DNA of 64,000 nt from Candidatus Thorarchaeota archaeon (lineage in GTDB: Archaea; Asgardarchaeota; Thorarchaeia; Thorarchaeales; Thorarchaeaceae). Below the pieces are notes generated by a model that saw only the letters and a program-made list of their open reading frames with translations, made no database searches and was not told the origin of the DNA. This document shows, one piece after another, positions 38,730 to 48,099 of the stretch. The stretch covers positions 73,943 to 137,942 of the forward strand of contig DXJO01000008.1 of the NCBI GenBank assembly GCA_019057475.1, given 5' to 3'. Each line of letters opens with the position of its first letter. The first letter of the stretch is position 1. The position numbers and the translations under genes are program-made.

Positions 38730-39509
38730 ATGCCCCTCCCCGGACTCACCAAGGAACAGATGGTTGAGGTCGACCGCATCATGGTGAAAGAGCTCCATGT
38801 TCCCGTTGAATTGATGATGGAGCATGCGGGACTGAATCTAGCCCGGTTGGCCATTCGCCTTAGTGGGGTCAAGCCCATTGAGTATCTAGTTGTGGCGGGT
38901 TCGGGAAATAACGGGGGTGGGGGTCTCGCGGCAGCAAGGCGCTTACAAAACTGGAATCTTTCGGTAGAAGTGTGGCTGCCAAAAGGTGAAGACGCCCTCC
39001 GCTCGATACCTATGGAACAGCTAAACCGGGCAAAGGAAGCAGGCGTAACTATCTATGAAGGCGAACCGAAGGCGAGCAAAGGTCCTGAAGTCTGCATCTT
39101 GGACGCTTACGTTGGATATGGCTATTCTAGGAGGAATGACTCCGTGACTAGCGAAGTCTTCAGTTACTTGGCAGAACACTCCAACGTTATATCGCTGGAT
39201 GCTCCGTCGGGACTGGATGTGACTACGGGAGTCAGCGAGAACGGACTGTCACCAAGAGCCACGCTGACACTGGCGTTCCCAAAGATTGGTCTCCTTCGTG
39301 CCCTTGAGAAAACATCAGATGCGCTCTATGTTGCGGATATCGGTGTTCCATCAAGCATCTACAAAGATCGGCTTGGCATTGCGTGGAGTTCGCCATTTGA
39401 TTTGGTGAGCCTCTCCAAGCTGGACCGAGCATTTGCAGAGGACGCTATCCAACAGGTTGAGATCAGTTACGTAGAGGCAGAAGGAGTCCATTTCTGGGAT
39501 ATCAAATGA
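38730..39509 (+). CDS. YjeF N-terminal domain protein (NAD(P)H-hydrate epimerase-like)
   Basis: LVVAGSGNNGGGGLAAARRL is the signature motif. Confidence 0.75.
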   Translation: MPLPGLTKEQMVEVDRIMVKELHVPVELMMEHAGLNLARLAIRLSGVKPIEYLVVAGSGNNGGGGLAAARRLQNWNLSVEVWLPKGEDALRSIPMEQLNRAKEAGVTIYEGEPKASKGPEVCILDAYVGYGYSRRNDSVTSEVFSYLAEHSNVISLDAPSGLDVTTGVSENGLSPRATLTLAFPKIGLLRALEKTSDALYVADIGVPSSIYKDRLGIAWSSPFDLVSLSKLDRAFAEDAIQQVEISYVEAEGVHFWDIK

Positions 39510-39600
39510 TAAAGAAGTTTTAAGTGGTCCACTGGAGCCGAAGGCAAAACAGCAGAGAAGCGATTCTTGCATTGAACTGGAACGCTTTTGGTGAGCATCC

Positions 39601-40611
39601 TTGATCAACAAGATGACTGAGATATCTGACAAATTGGAGCGGCAGAGAAAGGACGATCCAAAGCTGCTTATCAAGATGCAGGTGGCCGCTCAGGGACAAG
39701 ATCCTCGTTTCTTCATAGTTTCTCAAATCCATCGAAGCACTCAAGATCTGAAGCTTCTGGGTCTTGAACAAGGAGATGCCTTCCATGGCACTCGCGTTTC
39801 AGGCTGTCCGCTCCTCTCACCCAGCAAATCGCCAGTACTGTTTGCTGGACCTGCCGCCTTCAATGGAAATTTTCCCCAGAAAGATGGCGTTGTAATCACG
39901 TTTGATAGAGATGAACCACAAGAACGAATTCGCGAATCACTTGTCAATCTTACAGAACATCCGGACCTTTCTGAGATACCCATCATAGCTCTCAGTGTTG
40001 ATTATGGTCAGGGCCATGCTCAAGCAATAGGTCACTCCTTTAATCGCAATAGAGATGTTGAGGAGATGTTCGTATCGAGGTGTGTTAGACCCGAAAGACT
40101 CGACGAGAGCGTCCTAGTGTTGTTATGCTCAGACTCGCGTGTTCATCCTCCTTTAACTCCCGTCGGAATACCCTACGCGATTCAAACTCTTGGAGCCTAC
40201 GTTTCCAAGTACACTGGTGCAAATGACGAAACTATGCAGCTGAATGATTTCTTCTCAGACTGGCTTTCCACAGACGCTAGTGAAAAACGAATTCTGATAG
40301 TTGAACATGGGGGATTCACCCAGAATGAACCGCCATGTGGTGCAGGGCAGGCATCCCTGAATCCAGACCAGGTGAAAGGAGAGTTTCTGCGCCCTGTGAT
40401 TGAGCTACTCCGCCAAGAAGCACTTCGATTCGAAGATGGCATTCCCAAGACAGTCGAAGATAGAGTTCTTGCAATCGGCCAGGCCACTGAATACAATCTA
40501 CGAAACTACCCTGCGATAGCCAGAGCGCAGGACGAAGGAGTTAGCATGGAATCGCTGTTTCAGATAGTGACAATGGACACTGTTACAGGCAAGCTCCGTG
40601 AGATTGGATAA
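39601..40611 (+). CDS. Hypothetical protein with beta-carbonic-anhydrase-like motifs in C-terminal half
   Basis: CSDSRVHP matches the beta-CA signature C-[SA]-D-S-R-[LIVM]-x-[AP]. A downstream H...C-G lies in LIVEHGGFTQNEPPCGAG. The last 12 codons are duplicated at 43920-43958. Confidence 0.4.
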   Translation: MINKMTEISDKLERQRKDDPKLLIKMQVAAQGQDPRFFIVSQIHRSTQDLKLLGLEQGDAFHGTRVSGCPLLSPSKSPVLFAGPAAFNGNFPQKDGVVITFDRDEPQERIRESLVNLTEHPDLSEIPIIALSVDYGQGHAQAIGHSFNRNRDVEEMFVSRCVRPERLDESVLVLLCSDSRVHPPLTPVGIPYAIQTLGAYVSKYTGANDETMQLNDFFSDWLSTDASEKRILIVEHGGFTQNEPPCGAGQASLNPDQVKGEFLRPVIELLRQEALRFEDGIPKTVEDRVLAIGQATEYNLRNYPAIARAQDEGVSMESLFQIVTMDTVTGKLREIG

Positions 40612-40690
40612 GGGCTTGTTGACATCATCACGCCTTCAAAGGTGACATACATACTATCATACAATTGCAGGTCCAGAATGATACTGGCAT
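40581..40690. repeat. Left copy of ~110-bp imperfect direct repeat flanking a 3.2-kb insertion
   Basis: gttacaggcaagctccgtgagattggataaggg.ttgttgacatcatcacgccttcaa...catacatactatcatacaattgcaggtccagaatga pairs with 43909-44031 at about 90% identity. Confidence 0.65.
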
Positions 40691-40789
40691 TCCCAAAGAT
40701 TGGCCTCCTTCTAAGGTTACTACTTAATAGGAAATCAGATTCCTGAATTTGAATGCGGGAGGTTATTGATAGTGTCAACAAAGGATAAG

Positions 40790-43700
40790 ATGCGCCCACA
40801 ATTTTCACATAATGATGCTGTCAGACTAGCCAAGACGATATATGGTATTGATTGTGCTGCAAGGGAATTGCCAAGTGAACGTGATAGAAACTTTCTGCTC
40901 ATTACTAAAACCAATGAGAAATACGTGATGAAAATTTCCGCAACCTCTGAATCCCGAGATGTCATTGATTGTCAAAATGCCGCGTTGCAGCATATCCAAG
41001 AGGTTGATGAATCAATAGCGATTCCAAGAATAATTCATTCTCTTAATGGAGAATTTGTTCCGCTTATTTCGACCGAAGTGGGACATGAGCATTTCATAAG
41101 ACTATTGACATATCTCCCGGGACGAGTATTCGCGAAAATTAATCCGCATACTATGAAACTGATGGAAGATTTCGGAAAATTCATGGGGTCCCTTTCTAGG
41201 GCATTAGAGAGCTTTTCGCACCCTGCTGCTAATCGCGACTTCTACTGGGATTTGAAAAACTCACCTCAAATGATTGTTGAATATAGAGAATTGATTAGTG
41301 ACAAGAAGAAAAGGGAAATTTCAGACTATTTCTACAATCTATTCGATCAAGAAGTAGTACCCCATATCCGAGAATTAAGGTCAAGTATAGTGCATAATGA
41401 CGCAAACGATTACAATGTGGTCGTTGATACAAATTGGACTAATGATTCGAGAAAACTCGGAATTTTTGATTTTGGTGACATGTTGTTTACTTGCACAATA
41501 TTTGAGCTAGCAATTGCTACTGCGTACGCAATATTAGACCATGATGATCCAGTAATGGCTGCAGCTGCAATGATTAAGGGGTATCACTCAGTATTTCCAC
41601 TAACAGAACTAGAAATGAAAGTTCTATTTCCAGCTATATGTGCAAGATTACTATCTAGTGTTTGTGTATCAGCATACCAGCAGTTTCTGGAACCAGAGAA
41701 TGAATACTTGGCGATAACTGAAACTCCCGCATGGCGGACTCTCAGCAGACTTAGAAAAATGCATCCTAAACACGTTTGGTACATCTTCAGAGATGCATGT
41801 GGATTTCCGCCAAACCCAGAAAACCCGAGAATAGTAAAATGGATAACCGATAATGAAAGTCACTTTGGCAATGTTCTGACTAAAAGCATGGAAGAATACA
41901 AGTCCGTAGTAATTGACCTAAGTGTCGGTAGTCTAGATTTCGAGTATCCTGAGGATGTCGTGGTTTTTAAAAGATTTTCTAGAATAATACAGAATAAGAT
42001 GGACGACCACAAGGCAGAGATTGCTTTTGGTCGATACGATGAAAGTCGTCTTATCTACACCGGTGACCAATATTCAGAGAATGAAGATCTCGTACAGAAT
42101 TCAAGAGTAACCCATCTTGGTATTGATATCTTTTCACCACCTAAAACTCCCATTTTCGCACCTCTAGATGGTATCGTTCATTCACTGAAAAACAATGACA
42201 TTCCATTAGATAATGGACCAACTATTATCCTTGAACATAACCCCACTTCAGATACTAAGTTCTATACACTCTATGGACATCTAAGTCTGGACTCAATTAA
42301 CGGACTAATAATTGGACAGAAAATAAGTAAAGGAGATGAAATTGCGCGCATAGGGGATTACCCTAAGAATGGTGGATGGCCTCCACATTTACATTTTCAA
42401 ATAATCACAGATATGTTGGACGTGGAGGGGAATTACAATGGAGCTTGTGGGGTAAATCAACGTGATGTTTGGCGAAGCATTTGTCCTGATCCAAATTTGA
42501 TTCTAAAGATTCCAGAAGATAAGTTTCCAGACCCTCTCCTAACTAAACAAGAGATATTACAGACTAGACAGGAGTATATTGGACCAAATCTGAGTGTTTC
42601 CTATAAAGAGCCATTGAAGATTGTAAGAGGATACATGCAGTACTTGTATGATGAAGATGGAAAGAGATACCTTGACGCAGTGAATAATGTTCCCCACGTC
42701 GGTCATTCAAATCCAAATGTGGTTAAAGCTCTACAGAAACAAGCAGCTGCACTTTATACAAATACTAGATACTTGCATGATAACCTTGTTAGGTATGCGG
42801 AGAAACTTATTGAAAAAACGCCAGAACCACTTAGTGTCTGTTATTTCGTGAATAGTGGAAGTGAAGCAAACGAACTTGCATTGAGATTAGCTAGAACACA
42901 TACTCAGCGAGATGGAATTATCATTGTGGATGATGCGTATCATGGAAACACCGATACCTTAGTCGATCTTAGTCCATACAAACACAAAGGACCCGGAGGA
43001 CGTGAACCACCCACACATGTAGTCTCAGTTTTCAAAGCAGATCCATTCAGAGGGAAGTTTGGTTCTGATGACTCCAAGGCCGGAGAGAAATACGCTTCTT
43101 ATATCAAAGATTTTGCTATACCAAGGTTGGAAGAAAGCGGTCATCCTGTAGCTGCATTCATTTGCGAACCCGTTATGAGTTGTGCAGGACAAATCGTATT
43201 TCCAAAGGGATACCTAAAGAAAGCCTATGAGCACGTAAGAAATGCGGGAGGCGTGTGCATAGCAGATGAAGTGCAGATTGGATTCGGTAGAGTTGGAAGT
43301 CATTTCTGGGGGTTTGAAACACAAGGAGCCATACCGGATATTGTAACTATGGGTAAACCAATAGGAAACGGACATCCATTAGCAGCTGTTGTTACAACCC
43401 CAGAGATAGCAAAATCATTCGACAATGGAATGGAATTCTTCAGCACTACGGGTGGAAACACTGTTTCATGTGCAGTTGGACTAGCTGTTCTTAATGAGAT
43501 CGAATCAAAGAACTTGCAGGAGAATGCATTCTCTGTTGGAAAACATATGAAAGAAAAACTGCTCGATCTGAAAAAGAAATACCCTCTCATTGGAGATGTA
43601 AGAGGTCTCGGACTGTTTCTTGGTGTTGAACTAGTAAAAGACCAGGAAGAATTGTTTGAACCAGCAGCAGAAGAAGCAACATATATTGTCAATAGGATGA

Positions 43701-43855
43701 AAGAACTTGGAGTATTAATTAGTGTGGATGGATATCTTCGTAATGTCCTCAAGATCAAACCCCCAATCATATTCTCCAATGAGGATGTAGATTATTTTAT
43801 TGAACGTCTGGAAACCGTTCTTAACGAAGATTTTCCGAGCGGTATTATAGAATAA
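40790..43855 (+). CDS. Tri-domain fusion: aminoglycoside/hydroxylysine-kinase-like phosphotransferase (APH) - M23 peptidase - class III aminotransferase (AGXT2-like, possible phospho-lyase)
   Basis: APH-type N-terminus (HNDANDYNVVVD, FDFGD). M23 (HLGIDIF...DGIV...YTLYGHLS...GGWPPHLHFQI). Class-III aminotransferase (DDAYHGNTD, ICEPVMSCAGQI, DEVQIGFGRVGSHFWGFE, TMGKPIGNGHPLAAV with the PLP Lys). Markedly AT-richer than its flanks. Confidence 0.8.
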   Translation: MRPQFSHNDAVRLAKTIYGIDCAARELPSERDRNFLLITKTNEKYVMKISATSESRDVIDCQNAALQHIQEVDESIAIPRIIHSLNGEFVPLISTEVGHEHFIRLLTYLPGRVFAKINPHTMKLMEDFGKFMGSLSRALESFSHPAANRDFYWDLKNSPQMIVEYRELISDKKKREISDYFYNLFDQEVVPHIRELRSSIVHNDANDYNVVVDTNWTNDSRKLGIFDFGDMLFTCTIFELAIATAYAILDHDDPVMAAAAMIKGYHSVFPLTELEMKVLFPAICARLLSSVCVSAYQQFLEPENEYLAITETPAWRTLSRLRKMHPKHVWYIFRDACGFPPNPENPRIVKWITDNESHFGNVLTKSMEEYKSVVIDLSVGSLDFEYPEDVVVFKRFSRIIQNKMDDHKAEIAFGRYDESRLIYTGDQYSENEDLVQNSRVTHLGIDIFSPPKTPIFAPLDGIVHSLKNNDIPLDNGPTIILEHNPTSDTKFYTLYGHLSLDSINGLIIGQKISKGDEIARIGDYPKNGGWPPHLHFQIITDMLDVEGNYNGACGVNQRDVWRSICPDPNLILKIPEDKFPDPLLTKQEILQTRQEYIGPNLSVSYKEPLKIVRGYMQYLYDEDGKRYLDAVNNVPHVGHSNPNVVKALQKQAAALYTNTRYLHDNLVRYAEKLIEKTPEPLSVCYFVNSGSEANELALRLARTHTQRDGIIIVDDAYHGNTDTLVDLSPYKHKGPGGREPPTHVVSVFKADPFRGKFGSDDSKAGEKYASYIKDFAIPRLEESGHPVAAFICEPVMSCAGQIVFPKGYLKKAYEHVRNAGGVCIADEVQIGFGRVGSHFWGFETQGAIPDIVTMGKPIGNGHPLAAVVTTPEIAKSFDNGMEFFSTTGGNTVSCAVGLAVLNEIESKNLQENAFSVGKHMKEKLLDLKKKYPLIGDVRGLGLFLGVELVKDQEELFEPAAEEATYIVNRMKELGVLISVDGYLRNVLKIKPPIIFSNEDVDYFIERLETVLNEDFPSGIIE

Positions 43856-43908
43856 GACGTAATACCAAGTCAATAGTTGAAATCCAAGAATTTGCAGGAT
43901 GCAATGGA

Positions 43909-44031
43909 TACAGTTACAGGCAAGCTCCGTGAGATTGGATAAGGGATTGTTGACATCATCACGCCTTCAAGACGCCTTCGAAGGTGATATACATGCTATC
44001 ATACATTTGCAGGTCCAGAATGAAGGAGTTT
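43909..44031. repeat. Right copy of direct repeat flanking the insertion
   Basis: Matches 40581-40690. It carries an extra internal gacgccttcgaa duplication. Confidence 0.65.
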
Positions 44032-44639
44032 AGTTTGAATATGGGTATCACGGGCACGCCTTCATGAAACTCGATATCCTCCACCATCCAAGTCACAATG
44101 ATTGGCACAAGAGAATAGGACCCGTTGGGTATGGGCTTGAGTTTTCGTGCGAGCCTGTTCATTTGATTCGCTAATTGGGCGGTTCTTTCCTTCTGCTTTT
44201 CCGCAGCGTGCGCAAGTGCCGAGGATTTCCCTGGTCTAATCCCCCACATCTTTGCATCTATGGACACGATAGTCTTTCCTCTCACGCCGACAACATCGAT
44301 TTCCATGCCCTTGATGATGCTGTTACCTCTTCTTCGGAAGCTCTCCACGCAACGGAATTCATTCTCTTCCAAGATTTCCGCAACAAATCCCTCAAAGTCT
44401 TTCCAAGTCAGCAGTTTAACAACCGTTTCGATGGCTGATCCAAGGGCAACCGCCTTGAAGGCGAGTGTGATACGGTTGCGCCTTGATACAATCCACGTGT
44501 CGTCTAATCCCCTGCTAGTCCCCAGGCTTTCAAGAACCCCTACCGTTCTTCTGTCCACAATCTCGAGAGCACTCGAATCCTTCGTATTCTTTAGGAGAAA
44601 CAGAATGCGGTCAAGGATGTTCTCGTCCATCTCACTCAT
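43959..44639 (-). CDS. Hypothetical PD-(D/E)xK (Mrr/restriction-endonuclease-like) protein
   Basis: EIDVVGVRGKTIVSIDAKMW fits D...(D/E)xK. Its C-terminal coding end is part of the duplicated repeat; the fragment ORF 40560..40808 repeats ILDLQ.YDSMY.TFEGV. Confidence 0.4.
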   Translation of the reverse strand: MSEMDENILDRILFLLKNTKDSSALEIVDRRTVGVLESLGTSRGLDDTWIVSRRNRITLAFKAVALGSAIETVVKLLTWKDFEGFVAEILEENEFRCVESFRRRGNSIIKGMEIDVVGVRGKTIVSIDAKMWGIRPGKSSALAHAAEKQKERTAQLANQMNRLARKLKPIPNGSYSLVPIIVTWMVEDIEFHEGVPVIPIFKLNSFILDLQMYDSMYITFEGVLKA

Positions 44640-44689
44640 TCGTTTTTGCGCTCTAGTTTATATCTCCCACTGCTGTGATAATAGTTTGA

Positions 44690-45190
44690 TTGAGTATGTC
44701 TGAATCTTCAGAAGGTTGGGGGCGGGTCCTCAAGGCATTCGATGATTGGATCTCCTACGAAAGCTCAGAGTTTGCTCCATGGACTGCATACTTTTCCCCA
44801 GAGAATCTGCGTGACCTTACTGACAAGGAGCGGATGGGTTGGATGCACTCCATGTACAGTGAGGTGATTCCAGGACGTGTTGAGAGCTGTAAATCGGTCG
44901 CTGTTGCTTTCGAGGACTTTTTGCCATATATGCCCGACCCGGCGTCGATAGAGACCGTGCGGTCAATGATTGACTTGAGCGCAAGAATACAGGATGGCAT
45001 GCTAGGCATGAGTGATGTCATAACTACCATGATGGAGGAGTACAAGGTTGGAGGACTTGATGAAGCCTTTCACTACCTCTCATCTCTCGCTGAAGCTGAA
45101 GAAGACATTCGGCACCACATGACTCTCTATAGTGCGGGATTTAGGAAGCTGAAGAAGTTGGGGCTCACAATGCCTGAGGAAATGACGTAG
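44690..45190 (+). CDS. Hypothetical protein
   Basis: 166-aa ORF with no recognised motif. Confidence 0.3.
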   Translation: MSMSESSEGWGRVLKAFDDWISYESSEFAPWTAYFSPENLRDLTDKERMGWMHSMYSEVIPGRVESCKSVAVAFEDFLPYMPDPASIETVRSMIDLSARIQDGMLGMSDVITTMMEEYKVGGLDEAFHYLSSLAEAEEDIRHHMTLYSAGFRKLKKLGLTMPEEMT

Positions 45191-45329
45191 GTCATGGACC
45201 GGCATGGCGTGATAAAGCATTGATTCAACAAGTAGGCCCGCCGTATTTCAGCTCGAAAGGCTAACAGCACGCCTGACAAACCTTAAGTATTGATAGACGA
45301 GAGGGAATTCGACCCACTAACAAAGTGAG

Positions 45330-45794
45330 GTGATAACACAATGGGTTTTGGAAGTAAAACCACAACCTCGGCCCATCGATGTCGGGTCGCAGAGTCAACA
45401 GGTGAGTGTCAAATTAGCCAACGAGGCGAATGTGTTCTCCAGTAGCCATCAGGTTTCTGAACAGTTCACTCATACTGCTGACAAGCCTACTTTTGAGAGT
45501 CTTGCTGCATCATTCCTACGGTTAGCCGACCTAAGGTTGAGCAGCACTCAGAAGACCGTCTTGAGAATGAGTGCCCAACTCTTGGAGCACCATCGTCTAA
45601 CGGTTACTGGGCTTGCAGATTTGCTATCCCGACGAAGCACTGTTCCATATTCGACTGCGAAATGGAATCTGCGTTCTTTGATGGACTTGGGGCTGCTTGC
45701 TGGGGGCAATGCCCAGTGCAGAGGATTGCAAGCAAGTCTGACCCCCTCTGGGCGGATGTTAGCTGCATATCTCGAAGAATCTGATGTAGACTGA
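45330..45794 (+). CDS. Hypothetical protein, possible winged-helix
   Basis: 154 aa. TVTGLADLLSRRSTVPYSTAKWNLRSLMDLGLL looks like a wHTH. Confidence 0.3.
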   Translation: MITQWVLEVKPQPRPIDVGSQSQQVSVKLANEANVFSSSHQVSEQFTHTADKPTFESLAASFLRLADLRLSSTQKTVLRMSAQLLEHHRLTVTGLADLLSRRSTVPYSTAKWNLRSLMDLGLLAGGNAQCRGLQASLTPSGRMLAAYLEESDVD

Positions 45795-45842
45795 GAAAGA
45801 GGGGACTCCATCGAGTTTCCCCTTTCTCGTTTCTTTTTTTGG
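45793..45842. terminator. Stem-loop plus oligo-T between convergent genes
   Basis: gagaaagagggga / tcccctttctc is an inverted repeat with a 2-nt bulge and a 12-nt loop. It is followed by gtttcttttttt and starts at the stop codon of 45330..45794. Confidence 0.35.
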
Positions 45843-45916
45843 TGTCCGACAGTCCAATGAAGATATCGAGGGACTCCTCGTGCTCTGCCGGTGTTGCATT
45901 GCTTTACACGCCGGCT

Positions 45917-46606
45917 TCACTGCATCTTCTTGCTGAAGAGCTCCCATGCCTTTGGAATGAGAGCCTCCGCATCCTCGTGGCTGATCCCTGATGAGATCAC
46001 GACATCGACGAACTTGCTCTCGCCTTTGTCAAGGGTTCCAAGGTTCCACTGCACTGCGACTGCAACATCCCTTGGTCCCAGCTCGAGGTTGTTCTTCAGG
46101 TCGCGGTAGGTATCTGTCACCTTTAGCTTCAGCGGAGGCGATATCTCCCAACCGGCTGGCTTGGGCTTTGAGGCCAGTTCCACATGGAGTGGCGCTTCAT
46201 CCCAGATCCGCATGACGCCTGTTTCTGGGTCGAATCTAGCCATGTCGTCCCTGTAGCTGGGCGGACCGCCAATATCGAAGTCCATCAGGTTGTAGACCCT
46301 CAGGTCTTCCAGTGGCGAACCGCTTATATTCGTCGTCCGATGGCGCATCAACAGGAATGGCCTGTTGAAGGTCCACAAGGCGATATCGAACATGGCCATT
46401 GGGACAGTCTGACCCTCTGGAGTGTATTCCAGAGCCAGTTCGAACCGTTTCTGCTTGTACTCCCTCCGCTTCACGGAATAGGACTGCTCTTCTGTGGACA
46501 TAGCACAGAAGACCTGTCCGCCGCTTCTGAATGTTGACCAGAAGCCACTTCTGTACCCGGCGGGATTCCGAAGCAGTAGGCGGTCTTTGCCGGTGGGATC
46601 AATCAA
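45917..46606 (-). CDS. Hypothetical protein
   Basis: 229-aa ORF with no recognised motif. Confidence 0.3.
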   Translation of the reverse strand: MIDPTGKDRLLLRNPAGYRSGFWSTFRSGGQVFCAMSTEEQSYSVKRREYKQKRFELALEYTPEGQTVPMAMFDIALWTFNRPFLLMRHRTTNISGSPLEDLRVYNLMDFDIGGPPSYRDDMARFDPETGVMRIWDEAPLHVELASKPKPAGWEISPPLKLKVTDTYRDLKNNLELGPRDVAVAVQWNLGTLDKGESKFVDVVISSGISHEDAEALIPKAWELFSKKMQ

Positions 46607-46862
46607 GCTGAGGCGTTTGATGTAGAAACCTAGGCGACCTTTTCGTCAGCTTGTGCACTCGACATTGTACGCGAGGTCAAGCCTAGGACGTCGGCTGCCA
46701 GTCTCTAGTATCTCAGACATGACCGATCACTTGTTCCTATGCACCATCACTTTTATTCAGGTCTTGATATAAATCTGGTCAGATGTGTGTACATGCTTTG
46801 CGAGGTCGCAAAGTTGATAAAGCGCATTCAGAAACCGAGGCCCGATTAGGTGAGCTTCCCCT

Positions 46863-48098
46863 GTGACCACTCTTACTGTCGACCAGCTCGACAAATGGTA
46901 TCGAAAGCGCTTGGCAACGCAGTCGAAGGACTTCATCAAACGCGCTGAGAAAAGCCATAAGAATGTAAGCCAGACTCTCAAGGATGTTGGGACGATTGCA
47001 GGGGATCTGGAAGACAATGCAAAAGACGATTCTGAAACCATTGGGATTGCCAGCCGATTTGCAATGAAACTGGACGGCATTGTCAAGAGATTCGAAGTTA
47101 AGCAGGATATCACATACGAAAGCACTGAGGCCATGCAAGAGGAGATTCAGCGCTTTATCCAGGAGTTGTGGGGTGCCGGTGCTCGCTGGATTCGCAGGAT
47201 GGATAAGAGGCACAAGAATACAATCAAAATGCTTGACACCTACATGAAGGAGCTTTCTAAGGAGATGAAGGTCCTTGGTAAGTTGCTTTACGAGTTCAGC
47301 TGGGTCAAGGACTTGGAACGCATTGGTGGGCGAATCCAGACATTGAGCGAACTAACCTACAGCGCTGAGGGGTTCGAGGAGCAGATCCGTCAGATTCAGC
47401 TCAAGATTGACGCGGCCACGAAAGAGCATTCAACTGCTGCGCAAGCTTACAATGAATTCACTGAAACATCTAATGTCGCAGAGCTGCTCTCGCTAGACGA
47501 GGAATCGGAGCACATCGCTGCGCTGCTCCGGATGAGGCTCAGCCCTTTGAAAAAACAAGTCAAGAAGTTCATGCAGCGTGATACCGGTGTGAGGGTGTCC
47601 CCTTCCAGTCAGAGAGCATTGGCCAATTACTTCGAGGATCCTCTGACTGCAATAATTGCAGAGCCTGATGGCACTCCTGGCTTAGTTGAGGGTCTAGAAG
47701 GCTTGCAGAAAGCTCTTGACACCGGCAAGTTGAAACTTAAGGACCGGCTAGCACGTCGTGCTTCTGAGGAGATTGAAGCGATAAAGAATGGCTCCATAAG
47801 CAATCTTCAACTACAAGCAAAGGAACTGGACGAGAAGCGTCGAACTTTCGCAGGGTCAGATGTTTACAAGAAAAGCGCCGCCCTCGCAGAGCGTTTGAAC
47901 GAAGCTTCAAGGAACTTGGAGTATCATACGAATGACCTCCTAAAGGTTGGAGCTGACATTAGGAAACAGATAGCTCGAGTTGAAGAATTCAAAACACGCA
48001 TTGAATCCGAGATACTGGAATTCTTTGAAGACACAATCTCAATTAAAATCGATAAGCTAGGTTTGGAGCCATTACTGGCACGTTGCGTCGTTAGCTGA
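46863..48098 (+). CDS. Hypothetical coiled-coil protein
   Basis: 411 aa. Helical heptad-like and charged throughout. GTG start. Confidence 0.4.
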   Translation: MTTLTVDQLDKWYRKRLATQSKDFIKRAEKSHKNVSQTLKDVGTIAGDLEDNAKDDSETIGIASRFAMKLDGIVKRFEVKQDITYESTEAMQEEIQRFIQELWGAGARWIRRMDKRHKNTIKMLDTYMKELSKEMKVLGKLLYEFSWVKDLERIGGRIQTLSELTYSAEGFEEQIRQIQLKIDAATKEHSTAAQAYNEFTETSNVAELLSLDEESEHIAALLRMRLSPLKKQVKKFMQRDTGVRVSPSSQRALANYFEDPLTAIIAEPDGTPGLVEGLEGLQKALDTGKLKLKDRLARRASEEIEAIKNGSISNLQLQAKELDEKRRTFAGSDVYKKSAALAERLNEASRNLEYHTNDLLKVGADIRKQIARVEEFKTRIESEILEFFEDTISIKIDKLGLEPLLARCVVS

Positions 48099-48099
48099 C

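Noticed and set aside
40581-44031. Integrase or transposase associated with the repeat-flanked insertion
   Set aside because: The only gene between the repeats is the APH-M23-aminotransferase fusion. No DDE, tyrosine- or serine-recombinase motifs were seen inside or beside the insertion.
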